Assembly (NCBI GenBank): GCA_020137815.1
Contig: CM035353.1
Span: 3,286,001-3,350,000, forward strand
Length of the DNA: 64,000 nucleotides
Reading direction: 5' to 3'
Source of the DNA: Hormiphora californensis
Lineage: Eukaryota; Animalia; Ctenophora
Made by a program: the position numbers and the translations under genes
In this document: in pieces, positions 36,280 through 50,200 of the stretch
Numbering within the stretch: position 1 is the first letter of the stretch
Layout: the number at the start of each line of letters is the position of its first letter
Notes under the pieces: model-generated
The model's input: the letters and a program-made list of their open reading frames with translations, nothing else
Told to the model about the DNA's origin: nothing
The model's database searches: none

Positions 36280-39200
36280 GATCATCCCTCTTGGTAAACA
36301 TTTTTTCCCTTTTTCCCTTATTTTTTTCAAAACCCCCTTTTTTTCCTCCTTTGGGGGCCCCGGTTTTTTTTTAAGATTTTTTTTTTAATTTTTCACAGCC
36401 CCCTTTTTGAACCCCCGGGGATTTTGGGGGCCCGGAAAAAACTGCCTTTTGGTTTAACCCCCCAAACACTGGTACTTTTGGGCCCAATCCCGCTGGGGCC
36501 ATTACCCTGTCTTTGGCGGGGGGCCCGGGGCCCGCTTTTGGAAGGGCAAAAACCCAGGCCCGGGTCCCCCCTCCAAAACATTTTCGTTTTTAAAAAAATC
36601 CAAAAAAGGGGTTGTGGGCAAAAACGTTTGGGCGGGACAAAAACCCTTTTTGCACTTTTTCAGCCAGATTTTTATATTTTGGGGGAAAGAAAACGGGGCA
36701 AAAACAAAGTTCGTTTTGCTTTTGTTAAACGGTCATGATGTCAAGGAAATGGCGCCCCTATTTTTGGGTGTTCATGATTGATTTTTTTGTTCATGCCTTC
36801 GTTTGGGATTAGGCCTTTAGGGGATAAAGGGGGAAAAAACAGGAAAAAGAGAGAAGGGGGAAAAATTAGAGAAAAGAGAGGAGAAAAGGGAGGGGCTGGG
36901 GGTCCTATAAAAAGCTTAAAAGTCCTTTTTTAACGAGGAAAAAAAGGGAGAGAAGAGGGAGAGGGGGGTTTTTTAATTTTTCCCCCCTTTTTTTTTTTTG
37001 GGTTTTTTTTTGGGAGGGCGGTTTTCCCGAAAATTTGAAAGGGAAAAAGGAAATGGGGTTTTAAAAGGAGAAAATTAACGGCCCACCAAATTTAACCCCT
37101 TCCCTTCCCCCCCCACAACCCTTTCCCCCCCCCCAAACCCCCAAAAAACCCCCCCCCACCCCCCAACCCCCCCCTTTTTTTAATTAGGCAGAAAATTTCC
37201 CCCAAAGTCCCCTTCCCCTTTTCCAAACCATCTAGTTTTAGGCCAGGGAAGAATCATTTGGGCCCACTCTAACAACACAAGGAAGGCAAGCTTTTTTGGT
37301 TTGCAAGCTAATGTATGGGTTTAAGGGGCGGGCTTTGGATAAAAAAATTTGTCTTTTTAGGTGACTTTCATGGAAATAAACTTTTTTTGGTGGACCATCT
37401 AAGGGGGTACCCTCCCCCCCCATAAATATGGGCCCCACCCGAGAAAGGGTAACCCCCCCCAATTAACCCCCCCCCTTCCCCACACCCAAATATCCCCCCC
37501 CCCCCCCCCCCCCCCCCTTTTTTTTATCGTGGGGATAGACGTGAAAAAAGAGGACAGAAAACGAGAGAGAAACATCAGACAGAAATAGGGAACCCCTCCC
37601 GCTCCAGGAAGGGACCCAAAAAAAAGCCGGGCCCAATTGAAGAAACCGCAATTTTTGACCCTCCAGTAATTATTTTAATTTCCAAAAACGATGATTAATT
37701 TCCCCAATTCCAAAACCCCCCATTAAGAAATTACGGGATTTTAAAAACCAAAACCAAACCCCCAAAACCCCCCCTTTGGGGAAAAGGAAAAAAAAGGGGA
37801 TTTAAAAAGGGAAAACGGGGGGCCCCAGAAAAAATTTAAGAGACCCGGCGATAGAGAAAGACCAAAAAACCAACGCCCAGGAAAAGAAGCAAAAACCCCT
37901 AAACCCTTTTTTTACGGAACTGCTTTAAATGGGCCCCCAAACTAGACAAGGGAACCCCCGATCCGAAGAAAAACCGTAACTGGAAAAGACCTATCTAATC
38001 CAAGAAAAGACGGAAAACTCGGGAGCCGAGAGAAAAAAAAAGCAGCGGAGAAGAAGACTGATGCCACTGGCCCCAAGAAGGCAACTAGAAAACAGAAATA
38101 GTGCCACTGTGCGTGAACTGCACAGGAGGATGAGCATTGGGAACGAGGAAGCACTGCAAAATGGGTGGTTTGATTGTGATAAATACAACAGATCTATATT
38201 GTGATCTGCAAACATGTTTGGGTTAGGTGGAGAGTGAGAGATCTTTACCTCTTTCTCGCACGGGAGAGATGCCCTGTGAATGAAACCCAGTATTCGGATC
38301 GGTGTTAGTGAGTAAGGTGGGACTAACCCAGATCCCCCTCCCCCACACCAAGAGCCCCCTTGCCCAGCCCCTGTCCCTTAGCCAAGCCTCTATAACTGCC
38401 AACCTACTGGCCCACACGAGGCCCCAGTCCCCACAGAAACACAACTGCGGGAACCCCACACGGCACACTTAGCCTACACTAGCCCAAAACAACCGGAGGG
38501 TACGCAGAGCTGACTAGGAACGGGAAACAAGAAAGGGAGGGACTGAGGAGAGGCCAGAGGAGCAGAACCAAAGTGCACAGCTAGGACCAAGTGCCTAAAT
38601 ACAAGAACTGAACAACTATAATAAAATTAACTCCAAAAAAATACGTGCGGGAGCACGAACACAGAGACAGGCGACACAACCTAATGCCAAACACTCCCCT
38701 ACCCCGGCACGTGAAACACGGTCAACAATGATACCCGAACTGACAGGACAGAAGACACCCTAGAACTGTGAACAGGCAACTATGACTGTGAAATTGACAA
38801 CAACAATTACTGAAACATACATAACAATACAATGAATAAATGAATAACAGAATGAACGATCTTATCTGATAGAAGATTGTAGGTAAGCGTTGTAGTTGGC
38901 TGGTCCTTTGTTGTTGTTGCTGGTAGTAGTTGAAGCTAGCTGGACTTGGTTCACCGTGGTAGACAAAGTGGTGAAATTCGAGAAGGCCGGGAGAGGGGGA
39001 GAGATCACCCGCACAAGAGAGAGCAAAACACGAAGTGTTTAGTGCTAGGTTAGTGGGGCTTATATGGGTTCAGTGTGAAATGGGGCGTGAAATCACGTGA
39101 CTTGTACCACGTGGAGGGGGTTTTATGTGGAACTAATCTCTCTCTAAAACCCTACTCAAAGCTCAAACAACCAACACTAATTCTGTAGTTCGTGGACGAA

Positions 39201-39816
39201 ATCGATATAGCTCTCCAGCTCCAATTTTCACACTCAAAAGGCCTAATTAGTCGAGATCTAAAAGTTTTAAGGCAATAAGTTCATTCAGGAAATGGAAATG
39301 GAAATTTGCGGAAAACTGGGAGAAGTCAGAAGAAAAGAGAAACTATGTTTTATCGTGTCCCAGAATTTAAAGTTGGTTCCTATTATTCGATTGAACCAGT
39401 CTATAATTGTATTCACTACTGCACCATTTTCAAATAAAGGGACCCCACCTCGACTAATGCACAGTGCACACACATCCAGTAGATCTACCAGCTGTGAAAA
39501 CAAGAAGTTTCTATCATTTTTCGTTTGGCGTTAATATGGTTTATAAAAAGCCTCTCTCCTACGTGTGCACGCATGCGTGTTACACTGAATTTAGGGCAAA
39601 TGGGACCTATCTGTAACTTCGGTTCCAGATGAGATAGAGACTTGATTTTCCCCCGATTTTTCACCGAAAACAAGGGTCACAAAAGTGGCTTGCGATCCTT
39701 AGTGGCTCAACCGTTTGGGCTGAAACTTCGAATATCAGTAGAAAATTACCCACTGAATACTGGACATATTATTCCAAAGCGATATTTTGAGTATACAGCA
39801 AGGTATACAAAATATA

Positions 39817-40497
39817 GGGTAGCGACTGGCTATTTGAAACAGTTTTTCACTTTTTTCCCTTGCCTGCCCACAAATCAAGTCGAACCCAAATTTTTTTGAC
39901 CTTGTGTTACCGAGACAGTCCCTGGGTAGTTTTTTGGGTGGTTGGAGATGTCTCATTTTGTCTTCCGGGGTCAGGGTCACGTGATATCTATCCAAATTTG
40001 GTGTTTCAATTTACCCGCCTCGGTCTGCTAATTTGAAACACCCGTATCTCCCTCAATTTCTCCACGAAACCAAAATTTTTGACATTGAATAGTTAGAAAA
40101 GGGTTGTGCAGAGCCATTCCATGTCTGAAATCTGAATTTTGTTGAACGTGCTTGGTGCAATGACCTTTTCCAAAAACTGTTTCAAATTAGCAGGAAAACA
40201 GTTTTTGCCTCATATTCGGCCAACTTTTGGCGGAAATGACTCAAATCATAGTTTATATCCTGCCTCATGCTCATATTGAACAACAAAAATTTCGACAATC
40301 CAATCGGAGAAAATTGTTTCAAATAGCCCTCCTCAGTGTTTCAAGTTACCAGACTCTCTTCACTGTGCTACAGCACACACACGACACCAATCAGAGAGCA
40401 AATAACGCGCATGTGTTTCAAATAACCAGAGCACGTGTTTCAAGTTATCAGACACTGTTTCAAGTTAGCAGGCGTTTCAAATTGCCAGTCGCTACCC
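39817..40497. mobile_element. MITE flanked by TA
   Basis: TIR GGGTAGCGACTGGC(T/A)ATTTGAAAC with internal TTTCAA subrepeats. Confidence 0.75.
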
Positions 40498-41119
40498 TAG
40501 TGCTCCATTGACTTCATTAACCCTAAAATTCCCATTATTTACACAAAAACGCGGGTTATGAAAGTCGCTTGCGATCCTTAGTGGCTCAACCGTTTGGGCT
40601 GAAACTTCGGAAATCAGTAGAAAATTACCCACTGAATACCAGACATATTGTTCCAAAGCGATATTTTTCAACTTAGCAACCCCTAATGTACAGTATACAC
40701 TGCATGTACATTGTACATGGCACAACAACAACTCGATTTTTGTAAAAAGATGGTACCACTTTGGAGATAATATGTGACGTCTTTAAAAGCGAGGTAACAC
40801 TGTGATGAATATTGAGGGTTGGATTTATCCCGCCTTTGGACCATGAACTCTTTGTATCAATTTGAAAACGGCGTGGCTGAAAGAAAAAACTGTGATAAGA
40901 CGTTGTCGGTGTACTATCAATATTCAATACACTCCCAATATCTCACCAATAGAATATAGCTCAGTAGACAGTGAGTTGAGAACTTGTTAATCTGCCAGAC
41001 CAAACCCAAAGAACCGAGACAAACCCCGCAATACCAACCTCCAAACCAAACAATCAGCAAACCTCCAGCAAACCTCTAAACCTCCACCACACATCCAAAC
41101 CTGGCCTCTAAACCTCCAC

Positions 41120-41257
41120 CAGAGAGAGGGAGAGAGAGAGAGAAGAGAGCCGAGAAGCGAGAGAGGGAGGACGAGGGAGAGAGATGAAGAGAGGAGGAGA
41201 TGGAGGAGAGAGAGAGATAGGTAGAGAAGAGAGAGAAGATAGAGAGAGCGAGACGAG

Positions 41258-41334
<77 letters not shown>
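41120..41334. repeat. (GA)n microsatellite
   Basis: Direct observation; similar tracts at ~35620-35800 (CT) and ~63523-63700. Confidence 0.95.
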
Positions 41335-41337
<3 letters not shown>

Positions 41338-42039
41338 TTTCAAATAACTTATTTAATCTCATGAACGATTATAGCCGGATTACGGTGGTTCCGGGTGTTC
41401 TGGAATCCTCTTGGTGTCTACTTTTCAAATCACTCTGATCCCTAACATCAGTATTATAGTATCAGTACTGCACCGATAAGACTGTACAGTGTACCAGATT
41501 ACCGAAAAGTAACATTTCATAATTGGATCATCTCAATTCACATTGCTGCATGTTATTGAATCTCATTGGAAGCATGTTGCCAGCAAAGTAACATTATTCA
41601 AATAGCATCATCGGCTGATCCCTTACCGGGGGATTTGACGAGCATCGAGTGGCATAGACGTGGGGCGCGAAACCAGTTGTCTTGGGTCGTGTGCGCGCGA
41701 AACAGCTGTGAAATTCAACCATGGCCAGCGAAGATTGGCCAATCTATTTGCGCATCCAGCGAAGATTGGCCAATATTGTTGAGTATTCGCGCATTAATGT
41801 TTGTAGATTGGCCAATTTTCACCATAATTGCCCACGCGACCTTTACTAGGGGGGTTGTCAAGGAGATGCCATATAGCCCCTACATAGCGGGTGATTGAAA
41901 GCTGACCGTGAGGGTTGGTGCAGCGGGTGAGAGGGGTGCTCCTGGGTGAGGGAGAGTGAGGGGATTCAGGTCAACGGGCGCTCTACTCCAACGGGCTTTC
42001 TATAGTCTATATTATGAAGTAGAAATGAACGTCGCGATG

Positions 42040-42240
42040 TAGCTTAGTACCCACACGTGCAAATAGAGGGGGTTGCCAAGGAGGTGCCCTGAGAGGGGTA
42101 TGGTAAATTGCACGTGCGGGTTGGTATAACAGCGGGTGAGTATGTAGTATCCACACGTGCAAATAGAGGGGGTTGCCATGGAGGTGTCCTGAGAGGGGTA
42201 TGGTAGATTGCACGTGCGGGTTGGTACAGCGGGTGAGTAG
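42040..42240. repeat. ~97-bp tandem units of the CACGTGCAAATAGAGGGGG family
   Basis: Two adjacent near-identical units. Confidence 0.8.
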
Positions 42241-44269
42241 AATAGAATAGAATAGAATAAAACCAACAAGAAAAGACCCCAAAAAACATCGGGGTGCCAC
42301 CCGAAACAGTAGGGGGAAAAACCCCCAGAGGGGCCCAGCGACCCCAGACCCAACAATGTTCCCGTTCCCTGTCCCCCCGCAAAAACCGTTTGTTTGCAAA
42401 CGAGGCACACACCGGCAGCATTTAACTGGTCTCTACTCAGGAAAGACGCTGGGACATCGGACCCACACACCCCCCTAACCCGGAAATTGTTGACATAGGG
42501 TTTACGGAAATAAAAAGGGTCAGGGGTTCCCATAAAATTTTGTCCGAATTATGTGTGTTTTGAGGAAAACCTGTTCGGGAAATTTCCTTTCCCTTTTGGT
42601 GTAAATTTTTGTGCTTCCCGAATGCGATGGCCGGGGAGCGGGGTTGGTCTGGGAGAGTTTCCGATTTCTTGTATGTGGGGCACTCTTTTGGGGACATTTT
42701 GGTTTTTTTTCGATGATTTGGTTCCGAAAAGGGGAAAATTGATCGAGCGGGCTTTTTTGCTTGCCCATCACAACAGAAGGGGAAGTGTTTGGTTTTTGGG
42801 TGGTTTGGGGTATCTGGAAGTCTCCCCCCTTAGGTCGTGTCCCATTTAGCCGGATTTTGGCAAAATTCAATTTTTTGACGTCTCGGTTTAAAAGTATTCT
42901 GTGCCTTTACTTTTTGTCTTAACAGATTTGAAAATACCCTCAGTTTGGGATGGCCCCCGAAAAAAGGGGTCCCAGTGGTTAATCATAAATCTTCGAGGTC
43001 ATTTTAGTAAAAATTGTTGCGGATTTTTTCCCCAAAGAAGGAGTCCCAAATTTTAGTTTTCAGAGACCTCTGTTTTCCCCAGAAAGGGCCCCTGGGATTA
43101 AACCCCCTTTTGCTTCTTTTAAAATTACTGGGGAAAAGAAAAAAGCCCCACGGTTGTCGAAGATATAAATGTAGGGGGGCTCGGCCCGATTTCTCCGTAG
43201 CAAGCAGTTTTTGGGGCCCTTTTTTGGGAAACCCCAAGCCCCCCACTAATGAACTAGGTCCCTTTTCTAAGAGTTTTTTAAGGGGGTTAGACGGGTTTTG
43301 AAAAAAGTAAAAAAGTATTTGACGGGTCCAAGTTTGGGTTTGGTATGTAGTATCCACACGTGCAAATAAAAGGGGTTTGTCAAGGGGGGTCCCAATAGCC
43401 CCTACGCAGCTTTTTTAAAGCAGCAACGATCTTTAAACCCCCTCCCGTGTTGACCGGCCCCCTCAGGGGAACCCCCCTTAAAAACTCTTTGCCTTGTAAT
43501 AAGGGAGGTCGGGGCCCCGCGGGGGGAAGGTTTTGTTAAGTTTTTCATGTTGCCCCCTAAAAACCCTAAAAAAAAATTCACCATAGTGAAATTCACTAGT
43601 TTAGAATTATTTAATAAAATATTATAATGATTTGTGACATTTTAATTTTTTACCCCCCCAGTCGCGTAAAAGCTGTCTTTTTTCGGGGGGTGGTTTTTTT
43701 GGGGTTTAAAAGCCCGAGTAGTCCCCAATTGTGCCAATCAATCTCAACCCAGGGGAAATTTTAAGCATTTTTTTGTTTAAAGGGTTTTCTCATTAGGTGC
43801 TGGCGTTAATGTTCTTTTAGGGGGAGCTTTTTATGCCGTCATTGAAGGTATAACCCGGGGTTTTCGGGGGTTTTTCGATTTGTTTTAAAAAAAGTATTGG
43901 GTATTTTCCAGTTTTACTCCCCCCAAAGTTTGATCAAATGATCAAGGTTGACAGTCTGAACCCCCTTTTTATGATTTAAAAAGCTGAAAGTGCAATTAAT
44001 TTTTCTTTCAAAAAAAGCAAAAATTCGGAGCCCAAATTTTGTCCGTGGTCAGAGGGGAACGATTGTGGGAGTCGCATAAAGGGGCCATTGATGGAATACG
44101 GAGGGAGCTTTTCTTGAAAAGAATTTAAATTTTTAAAAAATCCGATGGAACAGAAAATATTCTTAGCCGAACGCTTTTTAAATTTGGGGGGTTTGGCCCC
44201 AACTAAACTTTTTTTTTTTCAGTCCTGTACCTATACGGGAAACCCCCCTTTCAAAACAATGGGGGGGGG

Positions 44270-47200
44270 AAGTTGAATTGGATGGGGTTTTAAAAAATCA
44301 ACCGATTTGTGTCGAGGGGAGGGAACCAAATGCTGTCATGAAGGGCGAATGCACTGGAATAAATCATTTCCTTTATTTATTTAACAAAAAATACCCCGAC
44401 AACATTTCCCCAACCGCCAAAAGATATTTGGCAACAAATTTTTAAACCCCCCCCACACAAGCTCAGTATACGGAGCAAATTAAAAATTTCAATAATATGG
44501 GGATTTCGTAACCAAAATAAAAGGGGGAAAAAGATTAACCATTTATCAGGTCTTGCGGGAGACAAATTTTTTGTGTTTCATTTAAATTAACCCCCCCCGG
44601 GACAATTTTTTTCCCATGTCGAAGGGCCAACGGAGCTTTTGCGGGGTTTTTAGTTTTTTTTCATTGCCCCTTCATAAAAATTAATAGGTACCCCTTTTAT
44701 AAAACAAATTACTACTTTTTTAAATTGGGCAGGGAGTATTAATTACTTTTTCCGCATCTGGTTTTCTTGAGGTTTGAGCAAAACTACAACAAATTAACTC
44801 TTTGCGAAGTACAAGTTTTTGGGAAACCCGTCGACAAAATTTCCCAAAATCGTGAACCTTGTTTTGGGGAGGGCCCCCCCCCCCCTCCCAAAACTGCTTT
44901 GGATGGGTGGTTTGTGCCCCAGGGCCGTCGACGGAAGGAGCAAGGGAAAATTGGGGCCCCAACAACTTGTATCATTCTGAAATTTGCGGGGACAAACCCC
45001 TGGCAGGTGGATTTTGGGGAAATTGAAAAGCCAGCCCATTAAAGTTGTATACACAAAAAAGGGAAAAAATGTGTAAAAACCCCGAACCCAATGGAGTCAG
45101 GAAAAATTTTCAAAAATTTTTTCGTTTTAAATCCCCCTCAGGGCCTGTTCCCAATAGAACAAAAAAGTGTGAAGCGTGGTTTTTTTAAAAATTTTCAGGA
45201 CGTGGTAAAAAATTTGAATCTTTTAGAAAAAAAAAACTGGTTTCCCCCGTTGCAAAAAAATTTAAGCGTAGCCGAGACTTTATACATTTTCAGGTTTTAT
45301 CGGAGAAACTCTATGGGGAAAATTTTTCCCCCTCCCGAAAAGTGGAAAAGAGCGTTTTACGTTTTTGGGACTTGGGCCCCCCAATGGTGGGGTTTGTTAA
45401 AGCTCACTAAAGGGGAAATTACCTTACTCTATGTGAAGTTGAGATTTTTGGGAATTTGTCAAGCAAAAAAATTAAAATTTTTTTCCCCTTTAAAACAGCA
45501 ATAGAAGAACGTAGGTTTTCAAAAAAAAAAGGTCCCCAAACCTTTTGCCCTTTTTTTTGTGACCTTAAAAAACCCCCCTTTTTGTTCGGGTTGGGGATAT
45601 TTTTTTAAAAGGGGGGTTTAAACCCGGGATTACCCCGGGGCATCCCCACCCTCGAGTTCCCCCGGGGTTTAATGGTGTGTCCTCAAGGCAATAGATGGAA
45701 ATTCAAATGGAGTTATCGAATGGGGGAAGAATCCCCTATTTATAATTTGGAAGTCGCGTGATGGTCGTTTTTCAGGGGTTTATCTAAGGACGGGAATTTG
45801 CCCCTTTCATTACGGGAAAACCGACCCCGGAAACCCGGGGTTTTTTTTTCCACCGAACCGAATTAAAAAATTTTTTTACCAAACCAAAACCGGGAACCAA
45901 ACCGAATTTGGGGAACCCCAAAAACCAAACCCCAAAACCCATACAAAATTTTTTATATAAATTTTTCTCAAAAAAAATCATGGAAGAAACCGATAAGGTT
46001 TTGGAAAACCCATTTCTGAAATTTTTTAAAAAAAAGTTTAAAAAAAAAAAATTTTCAAAGTCTTTGTGAAAAAAATTTTCAAAGTAAATTTTTATCGAAA
46101 AATTTTCATGCCCAATTTTTTGCGAAAGAATTTTTGTTTCGAATGGGCAAGCTTTTAAGGGAAAAGGGATTGCAATTTAGCAGGTTTTTTTAAAACGAAC
46201 CATGAATGTGTCTTTTAAAATTTTTCCAAATTTAGAGGGGGGGAATCCCCCGAAATCAGCAAAAAATTAATTGGGGACCCAAAATTTCCAAACACATCCC
46301 GTTTACCCATTGTCGATTAAACACGATTCGTTTTTTTAAAACCCATAATTTACAAAAAATTTAATTTTCAAAAAAAAAAATTTTCAAAAAATTTTCGGGT
46401 TTAATGTTCTCAAAAACCTTGATGGGGTTTCTCCATGAATTTTAGAGAAACTTTTAATTTTAAAAAAAAAAATTTGTAAAATTTTAAAAAAGTAAATTTG
46501 GGAAAAAAAAAATTCTATGTAAATTTTTGCCTACGATTTTTGCGAACCCGGTGATCCCTAGGGGGCAGGGGCTCTCCCCAAATTGGGCCGGATTTTTTTG
46601 AAACATGAATCGTTTCCCCTAAATTTCCCTAATTAGTTTTGTTTTGGGATCACGTATAGCAATTAACCCAAATTCGGCCCCCAAAAATTTAAAGCAAAAC
46701 ACCCCCCCCGCTTACCCCAAACCCGTTTCGAAAAACGTTTTCCTTTCCCGCAAAAATTGCCCATAAAAAAATTTTCCATAAAAGGGATTTTGAAATATTT
46801 CCAACTTTTTTTCCCAAAATTTCGGGAGAATGATTTTAAACCTTATCGGTGCCCCCAAATAAATTTTTTGAAAAAAAAAGTTTCAAAATTGTTGCCCCTT
46901 TTTTTCCCCCATGGGGGAACGATACGACGGGAAGGGTCAGGTATCAAAAAAATCAATCCATATCAAACCCCGCAAAAAAGTAGCGAAAAATCTTTCCCAC
47001 ATAGCCCCACCGATTCAAAAATGGGGTTTAAATACGGGGAAAGGGAATTGAAAATCCAACTTTTGGGAAAATTTAATTGAAAAATTTTGCTTTAAAAAAA
47101 CCCCCAAAATTTCTGGGCTTTTTTGACCAAAAAATTGGGTGGTTGGGCCCAAAAAATTTCCCCTACCGAACCAAAACCAAAACCCGAACCCCCCAAAAAC

Positions 47201-50200
47201 ACCCCCCGAATTTCCAACCCAAAACCGAACCAAACCGAAATATTTTTTCGTTCCTGTTCTTTAAAAAAACACTTAGTCCCCAAAAGCTTTTAAAGGGTTA
47301 TTCACATTTTTGGGAACTTCCAGTGGAAGTTTTACCCCACCAAATTTAAAATTTAAAAATTAAAATTTTTGTTTTTAAACCCGCCCCCCACAGGGCCCTT
47401 TAAAATTTCCCCCCCCCTTTAAAATTTGAATGGGGGGAGAAAAATTTTAAAAGGCCCCCCGGGGTTTTTGTGTGGGGGTTTTTTTAAAATAAAAATTTAA
47501 AACACCCCGCCCAAAACCCCGCGCGAGATTTTTACTTAAGTAAAAATCTCGCGCGCGATTTGAGGGGGCGTTTTAAAAATTTTGTCACCCAACGGGGACC
47601 CTTTAAAAAAATCTTTGCGTGAGATCTTTTAATTTTTTAAAATTGGAGAGGGAAATTTTAATTAATTTAAATTTTAATTTTTTTAAATTTTAATTTAAAT
47701 TTAATTTAAATTTTACGCGGACCCCGATTTCCCGGGCCCCGATTTACCGAAAACCCCGTTAAACCGGGGGGGAAAATTTTTTCCCCCAAAATTTAAAAAT
47801 TTAACGTTTTGCCCCCGGAATTACGGGCCCCCGATTTCCCGGGGCAACCCCCTTTTCCCCGGGGCTCCCGGAAATGGGGGAGAATTAATTTTCTTTAAAA
47901 ATTTTAAAATTTAACCACTATGCCCCCTTAACGCCCCCGCCCTTTGGGCCCCGTTTTTAATTTTCTTGAGTTTTAAGAAGGGGCCCCGGGGCCCCCCCTT
48001 TCCAACCACCCCCCCCAAAAGAACCCCTTTTGCACAAACGAAATGGCAGATTTTTGAAAAAAAAAAGGCAAATTTAATTTTTTAACTTTGGGGGCCTTCA
48101 TAAAACCCTTTCACCCCCCCCCCAAACCTTTGGGTTGGGGCCCCCCAAAGGGAGTTTAAAACCCCGCATGGTTGGGCGCCCCTTACCCCCATAACTTTTT
48201 CCAAACCTTTCCCCCCCGAAATCCTTTGGGCCCCCTTAAAGCCTTTCCCCCAGGGACGGGTAGCAATCTTTTGGGGGCAAAAAACCCTTACTTTTTTCAA
48301 CAAATAAATTAAAAAGGGGAGGGGATTTAAGAGAGGGTAATATAAATTTTAAGGGCAATGGTAACCAACCCTTATGGGTTCCTAAGTAATGTCTGGGTAC
48401 CTACCCAACCCCTTTGGTTTACCTTTACCCAACTGTTTTAAAATACCATAGAAACCCCGGGAAACCATTAGAAACAACTTTTCCGTATCACCCAAAAATC
48501 TCTTTGAGGAAAAAAAACCCCCATGGGGGAAACCCCATTTTAAAGCTTAGTCACCCAATTTTACCCCCACGGGGGCCCAGGGAAACACCGCTTTTTATAA
48601 AATAATAATGGGTCACCAAACCCCAAATTTAAAAATTAAATTTTTAAAAAATTTTGTTTTTAAAACTCGCACACACCAGCGGCCTTTAAAAAATTTCTCC
48701 CCCCCTTTTTAAAAAAGAACAATCTGCGCGCGATTTTGACGGGTTTTAAAAATTTTTGTCACCCCAACCGACCGCCCAAAAGGTTGGTGAGATGGGAAAT
48801 TTTTTGGAATGGAGAGAAAATTTTTTTAAACGGCCGCTGGTGTGCGGGTTAAAATAAAAATTTTAATTTTTAAATTTTTAATTTTGGGTGTTGGGTTGGG
48901 GCCCCCTTAAATATTTCGAAATGATTTAAAAAAATTTGCCAGTCCCCGGGCCATAGTTAAAAATTTCAGGGGCCAGGGGGGCAACCGTTTTTTAAACGTT
49001 GATGAAAAGGGGGCCAAAAAAAACCCCCGGAAAAGCTTTCCCGGGGGGGTTTATAAAAAAGGCCCTTTTAATTGAGGCGCACCAAGGGGGGTTGGCCCTG
49101 GGATAAACTATATTTTTTGGTTGGTGACATGGCCCCGGGCCCCGGCCCCCCCCCCCCGCGTGTGCGGGGGTCGCGCCAGGGTCCCAAATTTTTCTGAACC
49201 CAAGATATCTGAAGCACAATGGGGGCCTTTGGATTTTTTTTTATTTATTTTAATCCCTTTAATATTATAATTTAAATTTAATAACTATGTTTTTCCGCAG
49301 CACTTTTCCTTACAGGAAGCACTTCAAACCCAACTGGGGGAATTTGAAGGATGGGGGTTTCAAAAATCAACCGAGTCGTGATCTACGGACGAATTTGACT
49401 GGTAAAAAAGAATGGCTAACGCTCAGGTAACCCTAAAAACACTTTTATGGGCAGTTTTTTTAAAAAAGGCCAATATAACTAAAGGAAGAAATTTTTGTTT
49501 ATCTCCTTTGGTGTCAACACACCCCAAAGGGGCCCTCGTAAAAACAGTTAAGGGGGGTCTCACACATAACGGGCGGGAACTGGGTTTTAAGGGGGAGATT
49601 AATTAGTTTTCTGAATAATGATTTTCAAAAGCAAAAATTTAAAATGGGGAAAAAAAGAAAATCAAAAAAATACGGGGTTTGCCCGGGAATTAAACCCGGG
49701 GCCCTCCAGAGAGACATGCTGGGAGCTTAAACCACTAAGTTACCAAAAAAATTAAACCACTAAGTCCATTTTTCAGAATCCCAAAATTTAAAAATATTTT
49801 AAATTTTCTAGGCTCATAAAAATTTAGCCCCCAAAAATATAGGTTTTTTTTTGCAGGAGACGAATTTTGGGCCATTAAGTACCCCCGGAAAGACGTTTTA
49901 AAGCTGACTGCAAGGGAGCCTTTGGGTGGTTAGTTAAAAAGCAATTGCCCCTTTCAAAAAAAAAATTTGGTCCTTTACTCACTCGAAACCTCAAATAAAC
50001 GAATAAATCGAAATATGCCCCTTTTAAAAACCATTTTTTTTAGGATCAAATAAGAATTAAAACAAAAACTACAACTTTTTTGACCCCTGGTGAGGTAAAC
50101 GTTTTGGGGGAGCCAAAACCGAGGAAGAAACCTTTAGTTAATCTCGCCTGGGCATGCCCCCCAAAGTCGGGACAAGCGGGGGGTGGTGGAAGGGTTAATC

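Larger units (their letters stand above)
34267..41851. mobile_element. 7.6-kb TIR-bounded element, EnSpm/CACTA-like
   Basis: ~125-bp TIR CCCTAGTAAAGGTCGCG... with ATTGGCCAAT subrepeats. It splits a host repeat at ATAGAGGGG|GGGTTGTCAAGG (GG/GGG duplication). No transposase recognisable inside. Confidence 0.7.

Noticed and set aside
38090-38220. Possible PHD/zinc finger (QCSSSCAVHAQWHYFC) on the minus strand
   Set aside because: Too short and in noisy sequence.
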